Positions 1-8,880 of a stretch of DNA of 32,000 nucleotides are shown here, one piece after another (the first letter of the stretch is position 1; each line of letters opens with the position of its first letter). Position numbers and translations under genes: made by a program. Source of the stretch: Methylophaga frappieri (GTDB taxonomy: Bacteria; Pseudomonadota; Gammaproteobacteria; Nitrosococcales; Methylophagaceae). The DNA lies in the NCBI RefSeq assembly GCF_000260965.1, contig NC_017856.1, positions 1,920,001 through 1,952,000 of the forward strand. Reading direction: 5' to 3'. The notes under the pieces were generated by a model. It was not told where the DNA came from. It saw only the letters and a list, made by a program, of their open reading frames with translations, and searched no databases.

Positions 1-548
1 GCGGTAAAATCGATTTCTGTTTGCGCAATATCTAACGGCTTTTTGGTCACCAGATTTACCACACCGCCCGGCTCGAAACGGCCATATAATGCTGATGCTG
101 GTCCTTTAAGCACTTCGATTTGTTCAATATTGATTAACTCATCAACCGGTACAAATGCACTGCGTCGAAAACCATTTTTCAAGTTCGCATTTGTCGGAAA
201 GCCACGTAGTCGAAAACGATCATTGCTACCGCCCCAGCCAACTTGCGGCGTCACACCTGGCACTGAACGCAACGCTTCACCCAGGGTAATTACGCCACGA
301 TCTTCCATTAATTCTCGGGTAACCGTTTGAATGGAAAACGGCGTTTCCTTAATTGAGGTATCACTTTTATTAGTGGAGGGTGCGACGGTTGAGCGATAAG
401 CCCGTTCACGCGTGCCGGTTATCGTTAGCATGTCTAATGTGTAATCACTTTCTTGAATTACTGGCGCTTCTTCTGCTGAAACAGCCCCACTAAAAGATGC
501 CATAACAATGAAAAGCAAAAAATTCTGCTTTTTTAAGCTATTTAACAT
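1..548 (-). CDS. TonB-dependent siderophore-type outer-membrane receptor, N-terminal part (signal peptide and plug); the 3' end lies outside the window
   Basis: Not on the ORF track because there is no stop codon inside the window. My reverse-strand translation from the ATG at 548 reads MLNSLKKQNFLLFIVMASFSGAVSAEEAPVIQESDYTLDMLTITGTRERAYRSTVAPSTNKSDTSIKETPFSIQTVTRELMEDRGVITLGEALRSVPGVTPQVGWGGSNDRFRLRGF...EVLKGPASALYGRFEPGGVVNLVTKKP. It shows a signal peptide, a TonB-box-like DMLTITGT and typical plug motifs. The + ORF 43..330 is its antisense shadow. Confidence 0.8.
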   Translation of the reverse strand, partial: MLNSLKKQNFLLFIVMASFSGAVSAEEAPVIQESDYTLDMLTITGTRERAYRSTVAPSTNKSDTSIKETPFSIQTVTRELMEDRGVITLGEALRSVPGVTPQVGWGGSNDRFRLRGFPTNANLKNGFRRSAFVPVDELINIEQIEVLKGPASALYGRFEPGGVVNLVTKKPLDIAQTEIDFT

Positions 549-582
549 GTTTGGAAAATTCCTAAAATTAAGTAAAACAATA

Positions 583-602
583 CATTATGATATATCATAT
601 CC
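583..602. promoter_or_regulatory. Fur-box-like AT-rich palindrome upstream of the partial TonB-dependent receptor
   Basis: cattATGATATATCATatcc contains the perfect 12-bp palindrome ATGATATATCAT (587..598), about 40 nt upstream of the ATG at 548. It resembles the GATAATGATAATCATTATC Fur consensus, but the centre has one extra base. Confidence 0.4.
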
Positions 603-630
603 ATTGTAAGTGTAATTATAGCTGTACAAA

Positions 631-659
631 CAAAAACGGCCGCTGAGAAGCGGCCGTCT
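631..659 (-). terminator. Rho-independent terminator after the 678..2738 receptor gene
   Basis: The stem is acggccgc (636..643) / gcggccgt (650..657) with a 6-nt loop. On the minus strand it is followed by TTTTT (complement of the A-run at 632..636). It lies 20 nt downstream of the stop codon. Confidence 0.75.
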
Positions 660-677
660 TATTGTGTTGCTTATCAA

Positions 678-2738
678 TTAAAAGCGATAGCTGGCACCAA
701 CATGCAGGTAACGCTTTTCACCAACAAAATAGCGGTAATCCGGAATGTTAGCGTTGTAATCAGCCCGCTCTGCATACTCTGTATTAAAGAGATTTTGCAC
801 ACGACCATATAAGGTCAGACTGCTATTCACCTCATGTGACAAATACAGGTTGAACACATCATGGCCTTCATATTTAAAAGTGTTGGCATCATTGAGATAG
901 TATTCGCTCATGTGCAGCCACTCCAGCTCTGCCCGAGTCTGCTGGGTGGGATTCCAGCCTAACCGAATGTTTGCCATCCGTTTCGGCGCTGTTACCAGAT
1001 AGCTGCCATCTTCAATGTTGGCATCAGCTTTATCAAAGTCGTATTCATGTTTGGCAAAAGTTACGTTAGCCGCGATATCAAACTGATCGTTAAACGGGTA
1101 GAACATGCCCAGTTCCAAACCGGTATGCTCGGTTTTACCATCAGGGACATTGGTATCCGCGCTATCTGTAAAGAAGTAATCACGCTTTTTCATGTGATAA
1201 GCGGCGATTTCATATTGCAGCCCTTCACCCAATTTGCGTACTCCTATTTCAATGCTATCGATTTCTTCTGAATCAGCGGTACCGCCATTTTCAGTTGGTC
1301 GAATTTGCGCCCGATATAAGTCAGTCGTTTGTGGCGCCCGGTTACCGCGTGCGTAGTTAATGAAGGCACTGGTGTCTTCACTTAACTCTTGAACCAGCCC
1401 CAGTTTTGGGCTCAAGTTGCTGAAGGTATCAACATCACTGTCTGGGCGCAGGTAACGACTGCTGCCAGCCAATGTACGAGAACCGGTATTGTTGGTGTAG
1501 TCATAACGAGTATATTCATAGCGCAGCCCCGCTGTCAGACGGGTTTTATCAAGTATCTGCCACTCTGAGTGCACATAGGGTGCGATGACCGTCGCATCGA
1601 CATCATAGTCATAATGCACGCCCGGAATAAACGGTCCTGGAAATGGACGCGGGTTAAACTGAACTTCAGACAAACTGCCCTCTGTATATTCAAGGTCGGT
1701 ACCAAAAATAACTTTGTGGCCACCCTCTAAATCTTTGGTGTAGGCACTTAACAAGCCAATGCTGCTATGTTTGTTTTTCTCAACCGGCTGCCCCGGCAGG
1801 AAGTGCATCAAAAATTCCATTTCGGTATGACGAACATAGGGTGTCAATCGAAACGTTGAACTATCGGTCAGTTGACGTTCCCACTCTGTCGAAAGCCGTG
1901 TCGATTTCGCATCACGATAAGCTTCCGGGTTAGGGTTTGTCCGAGACAGGGACTCATCCTCATAGGCTTTAAAACCAACGATATAACCGGCTGTTTCCTG
2001 ATTCAGATTTGTATGACTAAAAATGGTTTTGAAAGAATCTCTTTCTCCATAATAATCGTGGCGAAAGCTGATTTTTTGTTGATCATAACCAGACTCGCTA
2101 ACATAGCCACCATCAGTGGTACCAATGGCACTAAGCCGGTAGCCGTGACGCCCCACCGTATCACTAATCGTCCCTTTCAATTTGTATAAATCGTGTGGCC
2201 CGACAGAAATATCGATTTCGCGCTCCAAATCCAAAGATGGCGCCCGCGTTAATACATTCACCAAGCCATGTACGGCGTTTGAACCATAAAAAGCACTACC
2301 TGGGCCACGCACCACTTCCAGCCCGCCAGCCAATTCATAATTAGCTTCAAACAACCCATTTACGTTGGCAAAACCCGCTGCCCGCAAAGGAATGCCATCC
2401 TCCAAAAACAAGAAGGAACCGGCACCCGCGCCACCCGACAACACTGGCGAACGAATTGAGGTTAAATGCTCTTGACCATTACCGCGTTGCACATTGACCC
2501 CACTGACACGGTTAATGATCTGGGTGACATGATCAGGTCGGACCAAATCGATTTCTGCTTCAGAAACACGACCGGTATTACCAGACAACTCCAGCAACGG
2601 TGAAGCACTGCGGGTACCCGTAACCACCAACTCATCGAGTGTGGCGGTCTCATCGGCATCCTCTGCAGCGACACTGAGTGGCAAACCGGCACAAGCCAAT
2701 GCCACATATAATGGTATTTTTTTAAATGATGTCATCAT
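678..2738 (-). CDS. TonB-dependent outer-membrane receptor (substrate unknown)
   Basis: ORF 678..2786. The preferred start is the ATG at 2738 (MMTSFKKIPLYVALACAGLPLSVAAEDA is a signal peptide, with AGGAAGG about 6 nt upstream); the 2786 start is GTG. It has a TonB box DELVVTGTRS, plug motifs (VRGPGSAFYGSNAVHGLVNVLT) and a C-terminal ...VGASYRF beta-barrel signature. Confidence 0.88.
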   Translation of the reverse strand: MMTSFKKIPLYVALACAGLPLSVAAEDADETATLDELVVTGTRSASPLLELSGNTGRVSEAEIDLVRPDHVTQIINRVSGVNVQRGNGQEHLTSIRSPVLSGGAGAGSFLFLEDGIPLRAAGFANVNGLFEANYELAGGLEVVRGPGSAFYGSNAVHGLVNVLTRAPSLDLEREIDISVGPHDLYKLKGTISDTVGRHGYRLSAIGTTDGGYVSESGYDQQKISFRHDYYGERDSFKTIFSHTNLNQETAGYIVGFKAYEDESLSRTNPNPEAYRDAKSTRLSTEWERQLTDSSTFRLTPYVRHTEMEFLMHFLPGQPVEKNKHSSIGLLSAYTKDLEGGHKVIFGTDLEYTEGSLSEVQFNPRPFPGPFIPGVHYDYDVDATVIAPYVHSEWQILDKTRLTAGLRYEYTRYDYTNNTGSRTLAGSSRYLRPDSDVDTFSNLSPKLGLVQELSEDTSAFINYARGNRAPQTTDLYRAQIRPTENGGTADSEEIDSIEIGVRKLGEGLQYEIAAYHMKKRDYFFTDSADTNVPDGKTEHTGLELGMFYPFNDQFDIAANVTFAKHEYDFDKADANIEDGSYLVTAPKRMANIRLGWNPTQQTRAELEWLHMSEYYLNDANTFKYEGHDVFNLYLSHEVNSSLTLYGRVQNLFNTEYAERADYNANIPDYRYFVGEKRYLHVGASYRF

Positions 2739-2824
2739 TGACAACCTTCCTGACAAAAACGTGAAATAGTGGAAATATGATTTCACAATGCTCCCGCTGA
2801 GACATCAGAAAAATCCTGAAATTG

Positions 2825-2854
2825 CTTGAAAACCGTTGGCTCACTCCCCATTTA
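2825..2854 (+). promoter_or_regulatory. Sigma-32 (RpoH) heat-shock-type promoter for cbpA-degQ
   Basis: CTTGAA (2825..2830), a 15-nt spacer, then CCCCATTTA (2846..2854). This matches the E. coli sigma-32 consensus CTTGAA-N13-17-CCCCATnTa. It sits 30 nt upstream of the cbpA ATG. Confidence 0.6.
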
Positions 2855-2883
2855 CCTGATTTAAATTAATAAGTACGACGGGC

Positions 2884-3786
2884 ATGGAATATAAAGACTA
2901 TTACAAAATTCTTGGCGTAGATCGTCAGGCCAGCGCCGACGAAATAAAGAAGGCGTACCGCCGCCTTGCGCGTAAATATCATCCTGATGTCAGTAAAGAA
3001 GCTGATGCGGAGGATCGTTTTAAAGAAGTGGGTGAAGCCTATGAGGTGCTTCGGGATGCCGAAAAGCGTGCCCAGTACGATCAATTTGGCGGCCAATACC
3101 GCCATGGTCAATCCTTCAATCCACCACCTGGCTGGGATGAGAGTGCAGGTGGCTTTGGTCAGGGTAACTTCAGCAGCTTCTTTGAAAATATGTTTTCCGG
3201 AATGGGGGGCGGCGGCCGGGGCCGTGGTGACCGTTTTTTTGCACAGGGTGAAGACGTTAACGCCAAGATTACCATTAGTCTCGAAGAGGCATTTAAAGGC
3301 GCCAGCAAAACCATCCGTCGCCCCACAGGGGCGACCCAGAATGGAACGGTTAATGTCAAAATTCCGGCCGGCGTCAGTCCGGGTCAAAAAATTCGTCTTA
3401 GCGGCCAAGGTAAGGCTGGCATGGGCGGCAAAGCCGGTGATTTATATTTAGAAGTACAGATTGCCAGCCACGCATTTTTCCGAATCGACGGTAAAGATCT
3501 CTATCTGGATTTACCTTTAAGTCCATGGGAAGCAGCACTCGGTACCAAAGTCACCGTGCCAACGCTGGCCGGAAAAATCAGTCTGACGATTCCTGCTGGC
3601 GCACGCAGTGGCCAGAAAATGCGCCTGAAAGGACGTGGTTTACCAGGTAAAACGGCGGGCGATCAGTTTGTGGTTTTACAAATTCAAACCCCGCCGGCGG
3701 CAACCGATACGCAGAAAGTGTTGTATCGAAAAATGGCAGATACCTTTGAGTTTAATCCCCGTGAGGCGATGGATAACGCATTCTGA
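2884..3786 (+). CDS. cbpA: Curved-DNA-binding protein CbpA (DnaJ-like co-chaperone without a zinc finger)
   Basis: The N-terminal J domain reads [36 protein letters not shown]...RAQYDQFG with the HPD motif. It has a G/F-rich linker and two C-terminal substrate-binding domains but no CxxCxGxG repeats. Length is 300 aa. Confidence 0.85.
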   Translation: MEYKDYYKILGVDRQASADEIKKAYRRLARKYHPDVSKEADAEDRFKEVGEAYEVLRDAEKRAQYDQFGGQYRHGQSFNPPPGWDESAGGFGQGNFSSFFENMFSGMGGGGRGRGDRFFAQGEDVNAKITISLEEAFKGASKTIRRPTGATQNGTVNVKIPAGVSPGQKIRLSGQGKAGMGGKAGDLYLEVQIASHAFFRIDGKDLYLDLPLSPWEAALGTKVTVPTLAGKISLTIPAGARSGQKMRLKGRGLPGKTAGDQFVVLQIQTPPAATDTQKVLYRKMADTFEFNPREAMDNAF

Positions 3787-3797
3787 CGGAGCACATC

Positions 3798-5171
3798 ATG
3801 ACACACGTTAAATCTGCGATATTGTGGCTGGCAGGTCTCAGCCTCATCGGCCAATTAGCCTTTGCAGCCCTGCCTTTTCCGTGGTTGGGTTCAGACCAAA
3901 AAATGCCGACGCTGGCACCCATGCTCGACAGCAGCAAACCCGCTGTTGTCAACATTGCCACGCGTGCTGAAGTGGCCGTTCGCGATAACCCGTTGATGAA
4001 CGATCCGTTCTTTAGACGTTTTTTTAACCTGCCAGATCGGCCCCGCACCAGACAGGCACAAAGTCTGGGCTCCGGCGTGATTTTTGATGCCAAAGCCGGT
4101 CTCGTGTTGACCAACAATCATGTCATCCAACGCGCTGATGAAATTACGGTTTCGTTATTTGATGGTCGCACGATGCAGGCGGAAGTTGTTGGTACCGATC
4201 CAGCAACGGATGTGGCACTGATAAAAATTCCTGCTGAAAATCTGCGAGCCCTGTCCTTGGCAGACTCAGACAAGTTAGCGGTGGGTGATTTTGTCGTCGC
4301 GATTGGCAACCCGTTTGGTCTAGGACAAACCGTTACTTCCGGTATTGTCAGCGCCCTTGGCCGTAGCGGACTCGGTCTGGAAGGCTATGAAAACTTTATT
4401 CAAACGGATGCCTCCATTAACCCCGGTAACTCGGGCGGCGCACTGGTCAACTTGCGTGGTGAATTGGTTGGCATTAATACCGCCATTTTCTCACCGCAAA
4501 ATGCGGGCAATATTGGTATCGGTTTCGCCATTCCCAGTAACCTCGTCAAACAAGTGACTGACCACTTGTTGAAATATGGTGAAGTCAGACGCGCCTATCT
4601 GGGTGTGCAAATGCAGGATATTACGCCTGATTTGGCCGATGCATTTAATACTGACACGCAGACCGGCGCGGTTGTCACCCGTGTGCTTCCTGATTCAGCC
4701 GCAGAAAAAGCCGGCCTCAAAGTCGGTGATGTCGTGACGGCTGTGAATAATGTGTCACTGAAAAATGCCGCCAACATGCGAAACACCATCGGCTTGTTGA
4801 TGGTCGGTCAAACTGTTGTGCTCGATATTGTCCGTGATGGCAAAGCAAAAACCTTGAAAACCAAAATCACGGAAACGCAGGTACAAAGCACCGCCAGTCA
4901 AAATGTCCATCCCAAGCTGGGTGGCGTGACGTTTGAAGATATTGACCAAACATCCCCATACTATGGACGGATTGAGGGCGTACTGATTTATCGGGTCGAA
5001 CCGGATAGCCCTGCCTGGCAAGCGGGGTTGCGCGCCAACGATATTATTATCGCCGTTAATCAACGGCCAATCAAAAATCTCGAAGCACTGAAACCTTTGG
5101 TGCAAAATCAGTCTGATCTCATCATCCGGCTGGTTCGGGGTGACCGCACACTGCGCTTGCTGTTACGCTAA
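3798..5171 (+). CDS. degQ: Periplasmic Do/HtrA-family serine endoprotease (DegQ/DegP/MucD-like) with two PDZ domains
   Basis: It has a signal peptide, the catalytic motifs TNNHVI, DVALIK and GNSGGALVN, and two PDZ-like regions. Length is 457 aa. A GGAG lies 6 nt before the ATG, and the gap after the cbpA stop is only 11 nt. Confidence 0.9.
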   Translation: MTHVKSAILWLAGLSLIGQLAFAALPFPWLGSDQKMPTLAPMLDSSKPAVVNIATRAEVAVRDNPLMNDPFFRRFFNLPDRPRTRQAQSLGSGVIFDAKAGLVLTNNHVIQRADEITVSLFDGRTMQAEVVGTDPATDVALIKIPAENLRALSLADSDKLAVGDFVVAIGNPFGLGQTVTSGIVSALGRSGLGLEGYENFIQTDASINPGNSGGALVNLRGELVGINTAIFSPQNAGNIGIGFAIPSNLVKQVTDHLLKYGEVRRAYLGVQMQDITPDLADAFNTDTQTGAVVTRVLPDSAAEKAGLKVGDVVTAVNNVSLKNAANMRNTIGLLMVGQTVVLDIVRDGKAKTLKTKITETQVQSTASQNVHPKLGGVTFEDIDQTSPYYGRIEGVLIYRVEPDSPAWQAGLRANDIIIAVNQRPIKNLEALKPLVQNQSDLIIRLVRGDRTLRLLLR

Positions 5172-5191
5172 CTTTACAATGCCTTGCCTGT

Positions 5192-6624
<1,433 letters not shown>

Positions 6625-6691
6625 CCGACCTCGACAACTTACAGCCAAGCCGCCACAATATTCTTATCGACTTAACATTACAGGAGCCGCC

Positions 6692-7171
6692 ATGAAAGGC
6701 AGCCAAAAAGTGATTGATTTACTCAACAAACTGTTGGCGGGTGAGCTGACCGCCATGGATCAGTACTTTATTCATTCGCGCATGTACGAAGATTGGGGGC
6801 TGACCCGTCTTTACAACCGCATCGCACACGAAATGCAGGATGAAACCGATCACGCCGATCAAATGATCAAACGTCTGCTATTTCTGGAAGGCACCCCGGA
6901 TTTAACACATCGTGAACCGTTACGTGTAGGTAAAACGGTACCGGAAATGCTGCAAAACGATCTGGATTTGGAATACGCCGTCGTCAACAACCTGCGCCAA
7001 GGAATCGCCCTGTGTGAAGCGGAAGGGGACTACGAAACCCGGCAAATGCTGCTGCAACAGCTGCAAGACACCGAACTTGACCATACGCACTGGTTGGAGC
7101 AACAGCTTGGTCTGATTGAGAAAACCGGCCTTGCCAATTACCTACAGGCCATGACCTTAGCCGAAGCCTGA
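6692..7171 (+). CDS. bfr: Bacterioferritin-family protein (residue 52 is Thr instead of the haem-ligand Met)
   Basis: The ATG at 6692 is preceded by AGGAG. The sequence [37 protein letters not shown]... aligns residue-for-residue with E. coli Bfr as I recall it. Length is 159 aa. The upstream extension to 6536 is rejected. Confidence 0.85.
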   Translation: MKGSQKVIDLLNKLLAGELTAMDQYFIHSRMYEDWGLTRLYNRIAHEMQDETDHADQMIKRLLFLEGTPDLTHREPLRVGKTVPEMLQNDLDLEYAVVNNLRQGIALCEAEGDYETRQMLLQQLQDTELDHTHWLEQQLGLIEKTGLANYLQAMTLAEA

Positions 7172-7203
7172 TTTTTAGCAAACCCAACATAAAAAACCAA
7201 AAA

Positions 7204-7247
7204 ACCGGGCGTTATCGCGAAGTATTTGATAACGCCCGGTGTCTTTT
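7204..7247. terminator. Bidirectional rho-independent terminator shared by bfr (+) and the His-rich gene (-)
   Basis: A 13-bp stem accgggcgttatc (7204..7216) / gataacgcccggt (7228..7240). It is flanked by an A-run upstream, which reads as T-run on the minus strand, and by gtcTTTTg downstream. Confidence 0.75.
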
Positions 7248-7258
7248 GTCCTGACAAA

Positions 7259-7615
7259 TTAGCCTGACACCACCTTAACCGCACCGTGGTCATCACAATG
7301 ATCGCCATGCGGGTGATGCAAGTGACCAGCCACGAGATAATCTACGTGATCACCATGCGGCACTGCCTCATGACCGCAATCAGGTCCATGAACATGGCCC
7401 TCGGCATGACCGCTGCAATCATGACCATGGTCACAACCATCCGGATTTTCAGCCGTGACTTCAAGCCGGTGTTCATCGACATGATCCTGATGCGGGTGAT
7501 GCAAATGCCCATCATGTAAATAATCGACATGATCACCGTGTTTAATTGCCGTATGGCCACAATCTGGACCATGTTGATGCGTGTGTGAGCCATGATGTTC
7601 GTTACACGTTGCCAT
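7259..7615 (-). CDS. Histidine-rich tandem-repeat protein, probable cytosolic metal-binding protein (uncharacterised)
   Basis: 118 aa with 29 His and 6 Cys, and no signal peptide or TM segment. It contains two 37-aa modules that are 28/37 identical. AGGAGA lies 7 nt upstream of the ATG. It starts 27 nt downstream of the ArsR-family gene on the same strand. Confidence 0.7.
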   Translation of the reverse strand: MATCNEHHGSHTHQHGPDCGHTAIKHGDHVDYLHDGHLHHPHQDHVDEHRLEVTAENPDGCDHGHDCSGHAEGHVHGPDCGHEAVPHGDHVDYLVAGHLHHPHGDHCDDHGAVKVVSG

Positions 7616-7642
7616 AATCTATTCTCCTAATGAGGTTTATCC

Positions 7643-7936
7643 CTACTCGTTCACATGCTCTAAAGCGTTGTGAATCAGTTCCAAAACATGCTGATCGGCA
7701 ATCGAATAAATTGCAGACTGCCCTTCCCGACGACGTGTCACCAAATTGGCTTGCAGTAACACTTTTAAACGCGCCGAGACCGTTCCGATCCGTTCTCCTG
7801 TCACCTCTGCCAGATGACTGACTGAGGAAGACTGCTCTGCCAAAATCGCCAGTGTCCGCAAACGGCCAGCATCCGATAACGCATGAAATAACGCCGCGGC
7901 TTCAGTGTATTGAGAAAGAACGTATTGGTTTTGCAC
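7643..7936 (-). CDS. ArsR/SmtB-family metalloregulator, alpha5-site (Zn/Co/Ni) type
   Basis: 97 aa with a GTG start. It has a winged HTH (VSHLAEVTGERIGTVSARLKVLLQANLV) and no Cys residues. The C-terminal DQHVLELIHNALEHVNE has the D-x-H-x10-H-x2-E spacing of the SmtB alpha5 site. Confidence 0.85.
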   Translation of the reverse strand: MQNQYVLSQYTEAAALFHALSDAGRLRTLAILAEQSSSVSHLAEVTGERIGTVSARLKVLLQANLVTRRREGQSAIYSIADQHVLELIHNALEHVNE

Positions 7937-7944
7937 TTATCAAT

Positions 7945-7984
7945 CCATTAATCTAATGAACGATAGAATATCGGATTATTAATG
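7945..7984. promoter_or_regulatory. Imperfect 40-bp palindrome; candidate ArsR/SmtB operator in its own promoter
   Basis: ccattaat (7945..7952) pairs with attaatgg (7977..7984), with an inner cgata-gaa-tatcg (7961..7973). It starts 9 nt upstream of the regulator's GTG. Confidence 0.3.
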
Positions 7985-8223
7985 GCCCTGTCTAGCTCTT
8001 TACTAAATTATTTGGCGTTATGTCTTAACTGAGATCTGAACAATAGCCATCATACCGGCTCAGATGGAACCTCCGTAAACTCCCGAATGTTAATGGTTTT
8101 TAGATTAAACGTTTATTTAAACTGTCACGGCGAGCAGGTAAAGTAGACCCCTTCAAATTCATCACCCGCAAGGGTCATCAGATTTATAACAAAATAACGG
8201 CTTAACGATAGCAGGTAACTTTT

Positions 8224-8823
8224 ATGGGGCAACATGAGGCAGTGACCAATCTCGAACAATTGCTTGATTGTCTCGCTGAAGCAGCAGAGAAAAACCGTAA
8301 TGGAAAAGTCTCTATTGCCACCATCATGGAGATGATTGGCCATCGTTCATTTGGGCCATTATTGTTGCTGGCTGGACTGGTCATATTGGCACCCGTTATC
8401 GGTGACATCCCTGGCGTACCAACCATCATGGCGTTTTTTGTTTTATTGATGGCGATTCAATTGCTGCTTGGACAACAACATTTCTGGTTACCCAACTGGT
8501 TACAGGAACGTGCGATAGACAGCGACAAACTCAGTAAAGCCATAGATTGGTTGAGAAAACCGGCCCGCTTCATCGATAAATTGATTCAACCAAGACTACT
8601 TATATTAGTGAGCGGCAAAGCCAAATATGCGATTGCCAGCGCCGCCATCATGATTGCTTTATTGTTACCGTTTATGGAAGTGATTCCGTTCAGTGCCAAT
8701 GCCGCCGGCATTGCTCTGCTGGCATTTGGTTTGGCGTTAATAGCTCGAGATGGTGTTTTAGCATTGCTGTCTTTTGTGGTGACCGCTTTGACAGTAGGCT
8801 TTATTGGCACCAGTTTGTTATAA
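8224..8823 (+). CDS. ExoD-family (exopolysaccharide synthesis) inner-membrane protein
   Basis: 199 aa. It has a hydrophilic N-terminus, then HRSFGPLLLLAGLVILAPVIGDIPG and several TM helices. This is the characteristic ExoD (PF06055-like) layout as I recall it. Confidence 0.75.
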   Translation: MGQHEAVTNLEQLLDCLAEAAEKNRNGKVSIATIMEMIGHRSFGPLLLLAGLVILAPVIGDIPGVPTIMAFFVLLMAIQLLLGQQHFWLPNWLQERAIDSDKLSKAIDWLRKPARFIDKLIQPRLLILVSGKAKYAIASAAIMIALLLPFMEVIPFSANAAGIALLAFGLALIARDGVLALLSFVVTALTVGFIGTSLL

Positions 8824-8880
8824 ACTCTGGCAAATCTACGCTCATACCTGATATTTATTTAAGTGATTAATTAAAAGCTT

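Noticed and set aside
43-330. 95-aa + strand ORF at the left edge
   Set aside because: It lies antisense to a much better supported minus-strand TonB-dependent receptor reading frame (1..548) that has a signal peptide and plug motifs. The + strand product is Pro/Ser/Arg-rich with no recognisable features.
7286-7593. Alternative frames through the His-rich gene (77-aa + ORF and 83-aa - ORF, both Met/Ile/Thr/Arg-rich)
   Set aside because: They are a by-product of the CAT/CAC-rich coding strand, because the complement reads as ATG/GTG. Only the 118-aa frame has a strong AGGAGA ribosome-binding site, operon context with the ArsR gene and a ligand-conserving internal repeat.
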